The notes under the pieces: generated by a model | What the model was told of the DNA's origin: nothing | Databases searched by the model: none | The model's input: only the letters and a program-made list of their open reading frames with translations | Shown here: positions 50,364 through 61,899 of the stretch, one piece after another | Numbering within the stretch: the stretch's first letter is position 1 | Layout: the number at the start of each line of letters is the position of its first letter | Assembly (NCBI GenBank): GCA_963754655.1 | Contig: CAVWGN010000001.1 | Coordinates: 1,952,001 to 2,016,000, forward strand | DNA: 64,000 bases | DNA from: an uncultured Chlamydiae bacterium | GTDB taxonomy: Bacteria > Chlamydiota > Chlamydiia > Chlamydiales > Parachlamydiaceae | Reading direction: 5' to 3' | Program-made: the position numbers and the translations under genes

Positions 50364-52349
50364 CTAATGCACATCGCTTTTCTTGACACTAATGCGACCA
50401 ATCTCCGAATCTTCTAAAATTTGGCGAATGATTTGGAAAAACTGTTCTTTTTTTTGAGGATCATGCGCGCAGCAAATATACCCTAAGCAGGAATATCCGT
50501 GTGTCTTAATATAGGCATAAGCAAGCTCGGTAGAAGGAATCTGCATTTCTTGGATGGCATGATGGATACTATCTTTGATTGTAAAATCTTCCACAATAAC
50601 GAGAGTAAAAATATTATAAGGCTCGGCATGGAATCGAAGATAATAACCATCAGATTTATATTCTTTTAATCCTTCTAAGAGCATAAGGAATAAAGTTTTA
50701 AAAGCATTAGGATCCAACAAGGCCCGCACAACAACAGGAGCGAGCGAGTAAAAGAAGTTTTCTAAAAGAAGTTCATCATAATCTTTGACATCGCTTAAAA
50801 TATTGCGAATTGTAGATAAAAGCTCATGTTGTTTTGAAATCATTCCTCCATTATAATCTCTAATTTCTCCCACAACCTTTAGAAGCTCACTCACCACTGT
50901 CTGACGCGCTTTGTAAAGATCAATAGAATTATCTGCTCTTAAAAAACCATCCTTGGGCAATTTTAAACGAAAAACCGTTGCTTCTTTAGCATATTTTTTC
51001 CGCACATATCCCATAATCTTAGTGCGGTCATGCAAATATTCAACAGAAGTCTGAGTTTGTTTGAATAAGTCAGCAATTGCTAAGCTTTCAGGCTTAAGTA
51101 AACGAGCTAGAATAATGGTGAAATAAAGATGTGCATAAGCTTGCTCATCAAATATAATGGATACTTGCGGAATATCACGTACATACTTAATTTGATTGGT
51201 CAACGTCAAGATATTGCGCATGACTTCTTCTTCGTTGCGAGGCATGAAAATCGTATGCAAACGATGCTCAATGCGATTTTTAAGATTTCCAGGAAGATCG
51301 CGGCGCAACTTGCGAATTTCAGTTGATGTAAAAGAGCTGCCATCTCTTTTTTCAACTTCAATATAGGCAAGGCAAATATTTTCTGAACCTAGCTTATGAA
51401 TAAAAAAGGAATGGTCAACAGCTATAGCAGAAGGAATATAGTGTTGAATGGCTTTGATGAGATGTTTTTCTCCAAAACTTTCTTGATCGCGCAAGAAATT
51501 GACCCCTACAAGAAAACTCAAAACTCGCTTAGAACCGCCATTTGCAGTCTGAATGTGAGCACGAAAAATTTTCAAATTTAAATAACGACGATGAGAATTC
51601 TTCTTAATCGATTCTTTCAAACCTTTGCGAAATAAATATTGAATGCTAATAATTCGACTTAAATGACGCGCCTGTCGCATTGCTTTAAATTCATCTCGGC
51701 AGGTGACAAGAACATGTTGCATTTCAGTGAAAACATCTCTGTCGTAATCCTCTGGAAAGCGCTTAACAAGAAAGGCGATGAAACTCTGGATAAGAGCTGT
51801 TTTATCATCCGCTGTCAACCCTTTAATTTCCATAATACGATGGGCATAGAATTCAGAATAAATACCTAATACAATTTCTGATTCGATAATGGGGAAATTA
51901 CGCTGAATTTCTTCAAATTCTGTTTGATCAGCAACGCTAATCATCACTTCACAAAGCGTATACACTTCCTCACTCAAATAACTTAAGCGAAAATCAGTCG
52001 CATAGACCAGCACAACATTGAGTCGCCGACCAGGCGTCAACCAGCGACTAATCATCTCAAAGAAAAACTTAAAAGAATTAGACCGATATTTGGAAAGCGC
52101 AAAAAATGACAGCGTAGCAGGAAAATTCCGCGTATCCGAACAAGTAATCAAAGGGATCACTTGTTCAAGGATCTGCTTCTGATGCTTGCATGTGGCTTCA
52201 GCACTTTCTTTGGATTTAAAAAAATCAACGGGTAAAATTTTTTTAAGAGTGCGCAAAACGACGTCACGATAATATTGATTACTAATTCCATCCCCTTCTG
52301 GAGATTCAAATAAAGTTGTAATAATTAATGAATCTGGAGGATTAGACAT
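50364..52349 (-). CDS. Hypothetical protein
   Basis: 661-aa ORF downstream of aspartokinase; no motif recognised. Confidence 0.8.
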   Translation of the reverse strand: MSNPPDSLIITTLFESPEGDGISNQYYRDVVLRTLKKILPVDFFKSKESAEATCKHQKQILEQVIPLITCSDTRNFPATLSFFALSKYRSNSFKFFFEMISRWLTPGRRLNVVLVYATDFRLSYLSEEVYTLCEVMISVADQTEFEEIQRNFPIIESEIVLGIYSEFYAHRIMEIKGLTADDKTALIQSFIAFLVKRFPEDYDRDVFTEMQHVLVTCRDEFKAMRQARHLSRIISIQYLFRKGLKESIKKNSHRRYLNLKIFRAHIQTANGGSKRVLSFLVGVNFLRDQESFGEKHLIKAIQHYIPSAIAVDHSFFIHKLGSENICLAYIEVEKRDGSSFTSTEIRKLRRDLPGNLKNRIEHRLHTIFMPRNEEEVMRNILTLTNQIKYVRDIPQVSIIFDEQAYAHLYFTIILARLLKPESLAIADLFKQTQTSVEYLHDRTKIMGYVRKKYAKEATVFRLKLPKDGFLRADNSIDLYKARQTVVSELLKVVGEIRDYNGGMISKQHELLSTIRNILSDVKDYDELLLENFFYSLAPVVVRALLDPNAFKTLFLMLLEGLKEYKSDGYYLRFHAEPYNIFTLVIVEDFTIKDSIHHAIQEMQIPSTELAYAYIKTHGYSCLGYICCAHDPQKKEQFFQIIRQILEDSEIGRISVKKSDVH

Positions 52350-52430
52350 ACATGCCCTACATATTCTCTCTTATCTCATGAACGTATTTCATTTCTGTAA
52401 AGGCTTAAATTCGAGCTCGAATTTAAGCCT

Positions 52431-53219
52431 TTACAGAAATGAAATACGTTCATAAAGGGGAGTTTCTATTTTCTTTTTCTGTTTTTCAAAAATCATCGTC
52501 CCTGGATGCTCATGATAGGAACACATAAAGGATCGAACCTGTAAAGGCAAGCCATTTTTCGCCGCCAAGCGTATTGCTCGGGCATGGAGAATTTTAGCTC
52601 CTTGCTCTACAATGTCTAACGCTGCTTGATAGGAAAGATGAGAGTAACAAACAGCATGAGCCTTTTTTTTAGGATCATCATCAAAGACACCAGGAACGTC
52701 TTTAAAGAATTCTACTTTTGCAGCTTTTAAAGCAATTCCTAAGGCAACCGCAGAAGTATCAGATCCTCCCCGACCCAAAGTCGTAATTTCTTTATCTACA
52801 CTTACACCTTGGAAACCAGCCACAATGACAACCTTCCCCTGCTCTAAGCTTGATTCAATTCGTTGAGGACGCACATCGATAATATGGGCCTGAGAATGTT
52901 GCTGACAGGTGATAATTCCAGACTGACTGCCTGTAAAGCTTACCGCTTCCTGATTTTTAAAACATAAAGCCATAGCCAACAAGGACATGCTAATGCGCTC
53001 TCCTACGCTAATTAACATATCATATTCTCGCTGCGGAGGCTGAGGATGTACTTGCTTGGCCAATTGAATCAGTTGATCGGTTGTCTCTCCCATGGCGCTG
53101 ACGACAACGACAATTCGCGGATACTTAGCTCGCCTTGCAATAATAAGGTCAGCAATATAGGCAAATTGTTCGGAAGTCGCAACAGCTGCACCGCCAAATT
53201 TCATGACAAGAGTCCTCAT
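52431..53219 (-). CDS. lysC: Aspartate kinase, catalytic domain only
   Basis: MKFGG, VVSAMG, GERIS, AGFQG, TTLGRGGSDTSA; no ACT domains. Confidence 0.85.
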   Translation of the reverse strand: MRTLVMKFGGAAVATSEQFAYIADLIIARRAKYPRIVVVVSAMGETTDQLIQLAKQVHPQPPQREYDMLISVGERISMSLLAMALCFKNQEAVSFTGSQSGIITCQQHSQAHIIDVRPQRIESSLEQGKVVIVAGFQGVSVDKEITTLGRGGSDTSAVALGIALKAAKVEFFKDVPGVFDDDPKKKAHAVCYSHLSYQAALDIVEQGAKILHARAIRLAAKNGLPLQVRSFMCSYHEHPGTMIFEKQKKKIETPLYERISFL

Positions 53220-53668
53220 TGCCTCATCCTTTTTCTACACTTTATCATCGATTTAAAGAATTTGTTGAAACTATCATTGAATTGTTAAGATTAAATAAAG
53301 ATTTGATGATGTAATCTCATAAAAGCCGGTTAAGAAAGCTTCTGTTTAAAAAGCAATCGTATAATGTCAAATTTTAATAATAAGATTTTAACATTTTTTC
53401 TTATCATTATTTTGTTTTTGTTCTATAATAAAAATTGAAGAGTAACAATATCTCATGTTTAGTACATGTTTTTGATTTTTCAGTATTTTTAGAGAAAAAG
53501 CATATTGTCTAGTTGAATGATTCTTTCTTCATGTTTTTCCTAAGAAATTTCTTCTCTTATTGTTAGTGCTTGCATTTTCCAATCTTTTTTAACACTCTTT
53601 TGATTGCATTTTTTCATTTATATCTGGTAATCTACTACCATTATATGAAAATAAGGAGAAACCTTTAA

Positions 53669-55456
53669 ATGTCTAAACACCCACAACACACTTGGAATGA
53701 AAGCAACATCGTAGATGATGTCCAATTTCAAGAAAAAGATGCTGAAATTTTTAAAAATCTTTTAACACAAAATGAATCTACTCGCTATAGAAGAAAGCTC
53801 TCTGATGAGTCCAGGTAGTATTCTTAAAAGGAAGAATTGTTGAAATTACTAAAGACCATGTCGTCGTCGATGTAGGCTTAAAATCTGAAGGCTTAGTTCC
53901 CATCGAAGAATTTTCTGATCCATCTCAAGTTTATCTTGATGCTGAAGTAGAAGTTCTTCTAGATCAAGCAGAAGATGACAATGGTCAAATTGTTCTATCT
54001 CGTGAAAAAGCTGAAAGACTTCGTCAATGGGAATATATTCTTGAACACTGTGAAGAAGGTTCTATTGTTAAAGGTCGTGTTATTCGTAAAGTTAAAGGCG
54101 GCTTAATGGTTGATATTGGAATGGAAGCATTCTTACCTGGCTCGCAAATTGACAATAAGCGCATTAAAAATCTTGATGATTATATTGGTAAGACTTACGA
54201 ATTCAAAATTCTTAAAATCAACATTGAACGCAAAAACGTTGTTGTTTCTCGCCGAGAACTTCTTGAAGCTGAGCGAATTTCCAAAAAAGCAGAAGTTCTT
54301 GAACATATCCAACCAGGCGATATTCGCGAAGGAGTTGTTAAAAATATCACCGATTTCGGTGTATTCTTAGATCTCGATGGAATTGATGGCTTATTGCATA
54401 TCACAGATATGACATGGAAGCGTATTAAACATCCTTCTGAAATGGTGCAATTGGGCCAAAAACTTGAAGTCATGATTCTAAGTGTTGATAAAGACAAAGG
54501 ACGTGTTGCTCTGGGTTTAAAGCAAAAAGGAGCAAATCCTTGGGATCAAATTGAACAAAAATATCCTCCAGGAACACGTGTTAAAGGCAAAATTGTCAAT
54601 CTTACTCCCTTATGGTGCATTTATTGAAATTGAACCTGGAATTGAAGGATTGATTCACGTTTCAGAAATGTCATGGGTGAAAAATATTACAGATCCAAGC
54701 GAAGTTGTGAAAAAAGGCGATGAAGTTGAAGCCATTGTTCTTTCTGTCCAAAAAGAAGAAGGCAAAATTTCTTTGGGAATTAAACAAACTGAGCACAATC
54801 CATGGGATGATGTCGAGAGGAAATATCCAGTAGGACATAATGTCAAAGCTGAAATTCGCACATTGACGAATTATGGTGCATTTGTGGAATTAGAACCAGG
54901 CGTTGAAGGACTAATTCATATTTCTGATTTAAGCTGGATTAAAAAAGTTTCCCATCCTTCTGAAGTCTTACGTAAAGGCGATATCGTAGATGCCGTTATT
55001 CTTTCTGTTGATAAAGAGAGCAAAAAAATCACCTTAGGCGTCAAGCAGTTGAGCACAAATCCTTGGGAATCCATTGAAAAAACGATGCCTGTAGGCAGCC
55101 TAGTTAAAGGTAAAGTGACAAAAATCACTGCATTTGGTGCTTTTGTTGAATTGGACAGTGGCATTGAAGGACTGATTCACGTCACAGAGTTATCTGATCA
55201 AGCATTTGGCAAAGTAGAAGATGTCGTTTCAAAAGGAGATGAAGTCACAGCAAAAGTGATTAAGTTGGATCCTGAGCATAAGAAAATTGCTTTATCAATT
55301 AAAGAATATTTGATTGATCAAAACCAATATAATCGCGATGACATTGTTGTTACCCCTGCTAAGCGCGTAAAAAGGAAGAAAGTAAAGATTCTCAACAAGA
55401 AGAAGAAGTCTGCTGAGGACATAATTCCTTGCGCTCGACTAGCGAGCTGCTTTTGA
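53669..55456 (+). CDS. rpsA: 30S ribosomal protein S1 (frameshifted in this assembly)
   Basis: AAGGAG RBS + ATG 53669; VDVGLKSEG, repeated S1 domains; frame breaks near 53785, 53828, 54605 and the 3' end. Confidence 0.92.
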
Positions 55457-55465
55457 GAGCAACGT

Positions 55466-55517
55466 AGCTCAATTTCGTAGAAATTGAGCTTATTGAGACC
55501 TCCTTTACGGAGGTCTT
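55466..55517 (+). terminator. Two hairpins after rpsA
   Basis: AGCTCAATTTC/GAAATTGAGCT and AGACCTCC/GGAGGTCT. Confidence 0.5.
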
Positions 55518-55686
55518 ATGCCGTTTGGAAATTTAATTTAAATGATTCTTTTCTAATTGTTAACGATCGCGTTAAATTAGCGCTTAGAAATGAACTTTTT
55601 AAGTTATAAGTCAAAATCAATCTCAGTGATAAGCATCTCAAACCCAGAGTCAAATCTCGCTATTACAGCAGTAGAGGCATACAAGC

Positions 55687-56958
55687 ATGAACAAAGATCT
55701 CATTGCAATCTTTGAATATTTAGAGAGAGAAAAAGGGATTAAGCGTGAATTGGTCATTAGCGCCATTGAAGAATCCTTGCAGGCAGCTGCTCGCAAAAGC
55801 GTGACAGGTGCATCGAATGTACTGTAACGATTCATCCTAAAACAGGAAATATTGAAGTTTACTGTGAAAAAGAAATTGTGGAAGAAGTCGAAGTTGCGTC
55901 TCAAGAAATTTCTTTAGAAGATGCCCGTGAAATTGATCCCGATGCTGAAATTGGTCAATTTATTGATGTCGTTGTAACTCCTAAAGATTTTGGACGCATT
56001 GCTGCTCAAAAAGCACGACAAATTATTACTCAAAAACTACGGGTGCTGAACGAGATGTCATTTATGAAGAATACCGCCATCGCGTTAATGAATTAATTTC
56101 TGGAACTGTTAAGCGATTTGTGAGAGGGGCTAATTTGATCATTGATTTAGGCAAAGTGGAAGCCATTATGCCTGCCGTGAATATCCTAAAACAGAAAAAT
56201 ATCAAATTGGAGAAAAAGTTCTTGCTCTTTTATTAGAAGTAAAAGATACAGAAAATGGAGGAGCCGAGGTCATTTTATCGCGATCAATCCCGAATTTGTA
56301 CGTCAACTTTTGATTCAAGAAGTTCCAGAAGTCAGTGATGGAACGATTATTAGTTGATAAAATTGTGAGAGATGCCGGTTATCGAACAAAACTGACAGTT
56401 CGTTCGACAGATCCTAAAATTGATCCAGTAGGCGCTTGTGTCGGAATGCGTGGCAATCGCGTTAAAAATATCGTACGCGAACTACATAATGAAAAAATTG
56501 ATATTATTCCTTTTTCAGCTGATCCAATTGAGCTTTTACAAAATGCGCTATCTCCTATTGAAATTCGCAAAATTAGCTTAAATGAAGAAGACCACGTCAT
56601 TTCCATTGTGGTCGAAGATGATGATTTTGCAGCTGTAATTGGCAAAAAAGGCATGAATGCTCGACTGAATAGCCGGCTAATTGGCTATGATTTAGAAGTT
56701 CAACGTATGACAGATTACAATCGTACAATGGCGATTCAACGTCAAGAGTTAGCTTCAACTGACGACCCGACACTTGATCAACCTCTAGAAAGCATCGAAG
56801 GCGTCAACAGCCTGATTTTTGATCATCTGGTGGCAGAAGGATATAGCACCTTGCGATCCTTGCTTCAAGCAACACCAGAACAACTTGCAACCATCCCTGG
56901 CATTAGTTTGGAAATGGCAGACAAGATTTTAGAACAAATAAGAAAACAAAGGATATAG
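55687..56958 (+). CDS. nusA: Transcription factor NusA (frameshifted in this assembly)
   Basis: MNKDLIAIFEYLEREKGI, FGRIAAQKARQ, DPVGACVGMRG, IGKKGMNARL; several 1-bp frame breaks. Confidence 0.92.
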
Positions 56959-56962
56959 AGCC

Positions 56963-59709
56963 TTGGCCAAGAATCTTAAGTTAAATATTAAAAACACACA
57001 AATTGCAGAAGCAATTAATCTTAGCGGATTAAAAGGCAAATTGGCAAAGAAAAAAGAAGCTGATGCTGCGGAAAACAAACTAGTTGCATCAAAATCTGCA
57101 CCCCACAAACCCAAAGCTGAAGGGGAAGAATTGCCAAAAGAAGAAGCGCCTCGCATTCGAGCTCGCTCCAAATCTGCTTTTGCTGAGCCTCATTCTGAGC
57201 CTATCTCTAAAGAATCTTTCGAACATGTTGAGCATGTTACTGAACCAGAAGAATTAGTTGCTCAAGAAGCGATAGCGGAACCGCAAGAAGAACCAACTCG
57301 CAGAAAGACGAGTGCTGAGTTGCGACAAGAAATTTTTGGCGTTCAAAAACCTCCAGTTAGCGAACCTAAACCCATTAAGGAAGCTGAAATAGAGTCCAGC
57401 GGCGGAACAAGTTCTATTGTCGCAACTCCTCCTCCTTCCCTATTTAAAGAAGAGCCAAAAAAAGAAGTGGGGACTTCTACCCATCCTATTGCTCATAAAA
57501 AAGGTGAACCTAGAGTAATCCCTCGTGAAATAGCACCGCAGGATCGATTGGGGCCAACAGGGAGACATATCAAAGATTACTTAAGGCCTCCTAAACCAGC
57601 TGTCACTCCTATTGCTCGTCCTTCCTCCCCTCCTCCTGCACCTCCAAAAGAATCCTCTTTGGAAAGCAAAGACAAGCTAAAACCCAAGCCACCAAAGGCC
57701 AAAGCTCCAGAAGGGGTTAAGCTGGGAGAAGAAGACAAGCAAATAAAGGAATCAAAACAACAAAATTTAAAGAATTTCGCGACATTAAGCCGGCACGTCG
57801 TCAAGAGACAAAGCAATTTGATGCCCGCGATCGGCAAGGTTTGCGCACTTCAGATGAAGACCAACAATGGCGCAGACGTCGTGGCAAACAGATGAAACAT
57901 CAACTTCAAGAAGATTTGACAATTCGTCCTACTTCTTTAAAAGTGCGATTGCCTATTTCCATTAAAGATTTGGCTTCAGAAATGAAATTAAAATCTTCGC
58001 AATTGATTAGTAAGCTTTTTCTTCAAGGAATTGTGGTCACACTCAACGATTTGCTGGAAGATGTCACAACTATTCAGTTGCTAGGGCAAGAATTTGGATG
58101 TGATATCAAGATTGATACAGCGGAAGAAAAACGTATCCAAATCACCGACAAAACAATTAAAGAGGAATTGCAGCAAACATCTGCAGATCAATTGGTGCTT
58201 CGGCCACCCGTGGTTGCGTTTATGGGCCACGTTGACCATGGTAAAACAAGTTTAATTGATGCCATTCGCGCCAGCAATCGAGCAGCCGGAGAAGCAGGAG
58301 CCATTACACAGCACATTGGCGCCTTCCGCTGCACCACTGCTGTCGGAGACATTGCCATATTAGATACTCCAGGCCATGAAGCTTTTTCCGCAATGCGAGC
58401 TCGGGGAGCAGATGTCACGGATATTGTCGTTCTGGTTATTGCAGGAGATGAGGGACTCAAACAACAGACCTTAGAAGCCATCCAACATGCGCGCGCCGCC
58501 AATGTCATCATTGTTGTTGCGATCAATAAAGCTGATAAACCTAATTTTAATCCTGAAAATGTTTATCGTCAGTTGGCTGAAAATGATCTTTTACCAGAAG
58601 CCTGGGGAGGTCAAATCATTACGGTCAATTGTTCGGCCGTTACAGGTCAAGGCATTCCAGAATTGCTTGAAATGCTCGCTTTACAAGCAGAAGTTCTTGA
58701 ATTACGAGCAAATCCTCATACAAGAGCGCGCGGAACTGTCTTAGAATCTGAAATGCATAAGGGATTGGGATCAGTTGCTACAGTATTGGTTCAAAACGGA
58801 ACACTACGTCGAGGAGACTCTCTCGTTTTTGGGCAATTATTTGGCCGCGTCAAAACCATGCATGATGAATACCGCAGAGAACTCCAAGAAGCGGGTCCTT
58901 CTACGCCTGTTGAAATTACTGGTCTATCAGGGTTACCAGGAGCAGGGCAAGAATTTATCGTTGTGAAGAGTGAAAAAGAGGCTCGTGAAATTTCTGAGGT
59001 GCGTTCGGAAGGATTTCGCCAATCCAACCTTCTCTTGCAGCAGAAGAAAAAGACTTCAATGGAAAGCCTTTTCCAACAAGCTTCGGCGACCGGCAAGAAG
59101 ATTCTCAATCTTGTCTTGCGAGCAGATGTTCAAGGTTCGCTCGAGGCCCTAAAAGCTGCTTTACTGAAAATTGAATCCGATAAAGTTGATGTAAACATTA
59201 TTTTTGCAGGAGTAGGCGAAGTTTCTGAATCTGATGTTCAATTAGCTGCTGCTTCTAAAGCGGTTATTATTGGTTTTCACACACAAATTGAAAGCCATGC
59301 TGAACCTATTGTCAAGCAGATGGGCGTTCATGTTCGCTTACACAATATTATTTATCACGCCATTGATGATGTGAAAGTTGTCATGACAGGTATGCTAGAA
59401 AAAATTGCACAAGAAACCGAAAAGGGCAAAGCGATTGTCAAAGCCACATTTAAATCTTCTCATACAGGTATTATTGCTGGTTGCCAAGTCATCGAAGGAT
59501 CGATTCACCGTAGCAATCATCTTCGCGTCAAACGAGGTGAAGAAATTGTTTGGAAGGGAAATATTGCTTCTCTTAAACGCGTTAAAGAGGATGTCCGCGA
59601 AGTCCAAAAAGGCTTAGAATGCGGAATTCTTCTTAGCAACTTCTCAGATATCCAGGAAGGTGATATTTTAGAAGCTTATGAAGTCACTTATATTGATCAA
59701 CAATTATAA
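56963..59709 (+). CDS. infB: Translation initiation factor IF-2 (frameshift near 57700-57780)
   Basis: N-terminal ORF 56963-57895 plus GTPase ORF 57841-59709 with [20 protein letters not shown]. Confidence 0.95.
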
Positions 59710-59714
59710 TTATT

Positions 59715-60101
59715 ATGGCTGTAAAAAGAACTGACAGATTGAATTCACTTCTTAAAGAAGTCATTTCAGAAGTGATTAGAAGAGATGTCCGCAATCCTCA
59801 TGTAACCGAACTTGTTACTGTAACGCGTGTGCAAATTTCTAAAGATTTGCGCCATGCTAAAGTTTTCATTAGCGTGATTGGTTCAGAGCAGGACAAATTT
59901 GAAACTATTGAGGCTTTAAATTCTGCTGCCGGCTTCATTGCAGTGCAATCTTCTCAAAAAGTGGTCATGCGTTATTTTCCTGAACTGAAATTCAAGTTGG
60001 ATGACAGTGTGGACAAGCACATGCGCATTGAAGAGCTTTTAAATAAAATCAGCCAGGAGCGAGAATTACGCCCACAATCTAGTGATGATGAAGAATCCTA
60101 A
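59715..60101 (+). CDS. rbfA: Ribosome-binding factor A
   Basis: RTDRLNSLL, VQISKDLRHAKV, PELKFKLD. Confidence 0.95.
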   Translation: MAVKRTDRLNSLLKEVISEVIRRDVRNPHVTELVTVTRVQISKDLRHAKVFISVIGSEQDKFETIEALNSAAGFIAVQSSQKVVMRYFPELKFKLDDSVDKHMRIEELLNKISQERELRPQSSDDEES

Positions 60102-60810
60102 TTTAGATCCTCTTCAACCTATTGAAGGTATTTTATTGGTTGACAAGCCTAAAGGACCCAGCTCCTTTAAGCTTGTTCAAACCTTGCGTAAGCGTCTAGG
60201 CGTTAAAAAAATTGGCCATGCGGGCACATTGGATCCTTTTGCCACTGGAGTCATGGTCATGTTGGTCGGACGACGCTATACACGTCTATCTGATACATTT
60301 TTGAGCTGCGATAAAGAATATGTCGCTGAAGTCTACTTAGGAGTCACAACAGATACTTATGACTCTGAAGGTAAGGTGGTGGGACAATCTTCTGCTATTC
60401 CTTCTCTTGAAGAGATTTTAAAAGCATTAAATTTATTCCAAGGCGAAATCGAACAAATTCCACCTATGTTTTCTGCCAAGAAGATGCAAGGGAAAAAGCT
60501 TTATGAGCTAGCGAGGAAAGGGTTAGAAGTCGAAAGAAAGCCAATCAAGCTTCAAGTGGAAACCCATTGTATTCGTTATGAATATCCCTATTTAGAATTG
60601 CGCATTATATGCAGTAAGGGAACGTACATCCGCAGTATTGCCTATGATTTAGGGCAGATGCTAGGTTGCGGAGCGCATTTAACTAATTTAAGGAGAATGC
60701 GAAGCGGTCACTTTACAGTTGAAAATTGCATTACAGAGGAACAAGTCGTCTCCCAGACTTTTGACCTTCAAAGTTATTTTCTTACCGAACAATCGCTAAA
60801 GATTTATTAA
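60082..60810 (+). CDS. truB: tRNA pseudouridine(55) synthase
   Basis: GHAGTLDPFATG, PPMFSA, CSKGTYIR. Confidence 0.95.
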   Translation: MMMKNPNLDPLQPIEGILLVDKPKGPSSFKLVQTLRKRLGVKKIGHAGTLDPFATGVMVMLVGRRYTRLSDTFLSCDKEYVAEVYLGVTTDTYDSEGKVVGQSSAIPSLEEILKALNLFQGEIEQIPPMFSAKKMQGKKLYELARKGLEVERKPIKLQVETHCIRYEYPYLELRIICSKGTYIRSIAYDLGQMLGCGAHLTNLRRMRSGHFTVENCITEEQVVSQTFDLQSYFLTEQSLKIY

Positions 60811-60845
60811 TATTCACAATTGATGCAAAATGATGATTTCATTTT

Positions 60846-61775
60846 GTGTGGATTAATATTATGCGCATCCTAGAAAAATTGGAAGACTTCTCAAAGCCTC
60901 ACCATCCACTTGTTTTAACGATTGGCAATTTTGATGGCATGCATCGAGGCCATGGTGCTGTTTTAAACCGTGCGCGGACTTTAGCAGCACAAGAAGGGCA
61001 ATTACTTGTTCTTACCTTCCGTAATCATCCTTCTGAAGTTTTACGTCCAAATCAACCCGTCCAACTTTTATGTACCTTGCCTCATAAAATTCAACTTTTA
61101 CAACGGTTTAGTGTTGACAATATCATGCTACTCCCTTTCACGCCCTATTTAGCTCAACATAGCGCCGCTTCTTTTATCGAACACGTCCGCCAATTCATTC
61201 CTTTTTCTCATTTAGTCCTAGGCCATGATGCAACGCTGGGTCGCGATCGCCAAGGCAATCGCCCAACGATGATGGAGCTAGGAATGGAATGGGGCTTTCA
61301 TGTTCACTATTTAGAAGAATACCGCTATGAAGGCAAACCTGTCTCAAGCACGCGTATAAGAGAACTCCTCCAAAAAGGAGATTTGATTCAAGTTGAAGAA
61401 CTCTTGAATCGGCCCTATTCCATTTATGCCCCTGTCTCTTCAGGCGCTGGCAAGGGCAAGCAAATAGGATTTCCTACCGCCAATTTAGATGTCATGGGAC
61501 TTTGCTTACCCCCTTTTGGAGTCTATGCAGTTGAAGTGATCTATGAGTCTAGCAGTTTCCAAGGCATTGCCAATCTCGGAGTCGCGCCTACAATGCGAGT
61601 AGATAGTCAGCCTATTTTGGAAGTTCATTTATTTGGGGATGAACGAGAATGGAAAGGACATAACCTTGAAGTCATTTTTAAAAAATTTCTACGGCCCGAA
61701 AAGAAATTTCACAGCGTAGAAGAATTGCGCCAGCAAATTCAAAATGATATTGAGTTAGTTAAAAAGCAATTTTAA
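60846..61775 (+). CDS. ribF: Riboflavin kinase / FAD synthetase
   Basis: GNFDGMHRGH, VSSTRIR, GFPTAN, LEVHL. Confidence 0.95.
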   Translation: MWINIMRILEKLEDFSKPHHPLVLTIGNFDGMHRGHGAVLNRARTLAAQEGQLLVLTFRNHPSEVLRPNQPVQLLCTLPHKIQLLQRFSVDNIMLLPFTPYLAQHSAASFIEHVRQFIPFSHLVLGHDATLGRDRQGNRPTMMELGMEWGFHVHYLEEYRYEGKPVSSTRIRELLQKGDLIQVEELLNRPYSIYAPVSSGAGKGKQIGFPTANLDVMGLCLPPFGVYAVEVIYESSSFQGIANLGVAPTMRVDSQPILEVHLFGDEREWKGHNLEVIFKKFLRPEKKFHSVEELRQQIQNDIELVKKQF

Positions 61776-61899
61776 TTTCTATTAACCTAAATTCAGTTTA
61801 TACGACGTGTTTTAAAAGACAGGCTACTTAGGATATGAGCCTTACACTGTACGATAAAGAGTATCAAGAAATTAAAAGTCCTCCTCGAAGGATAGAGTA

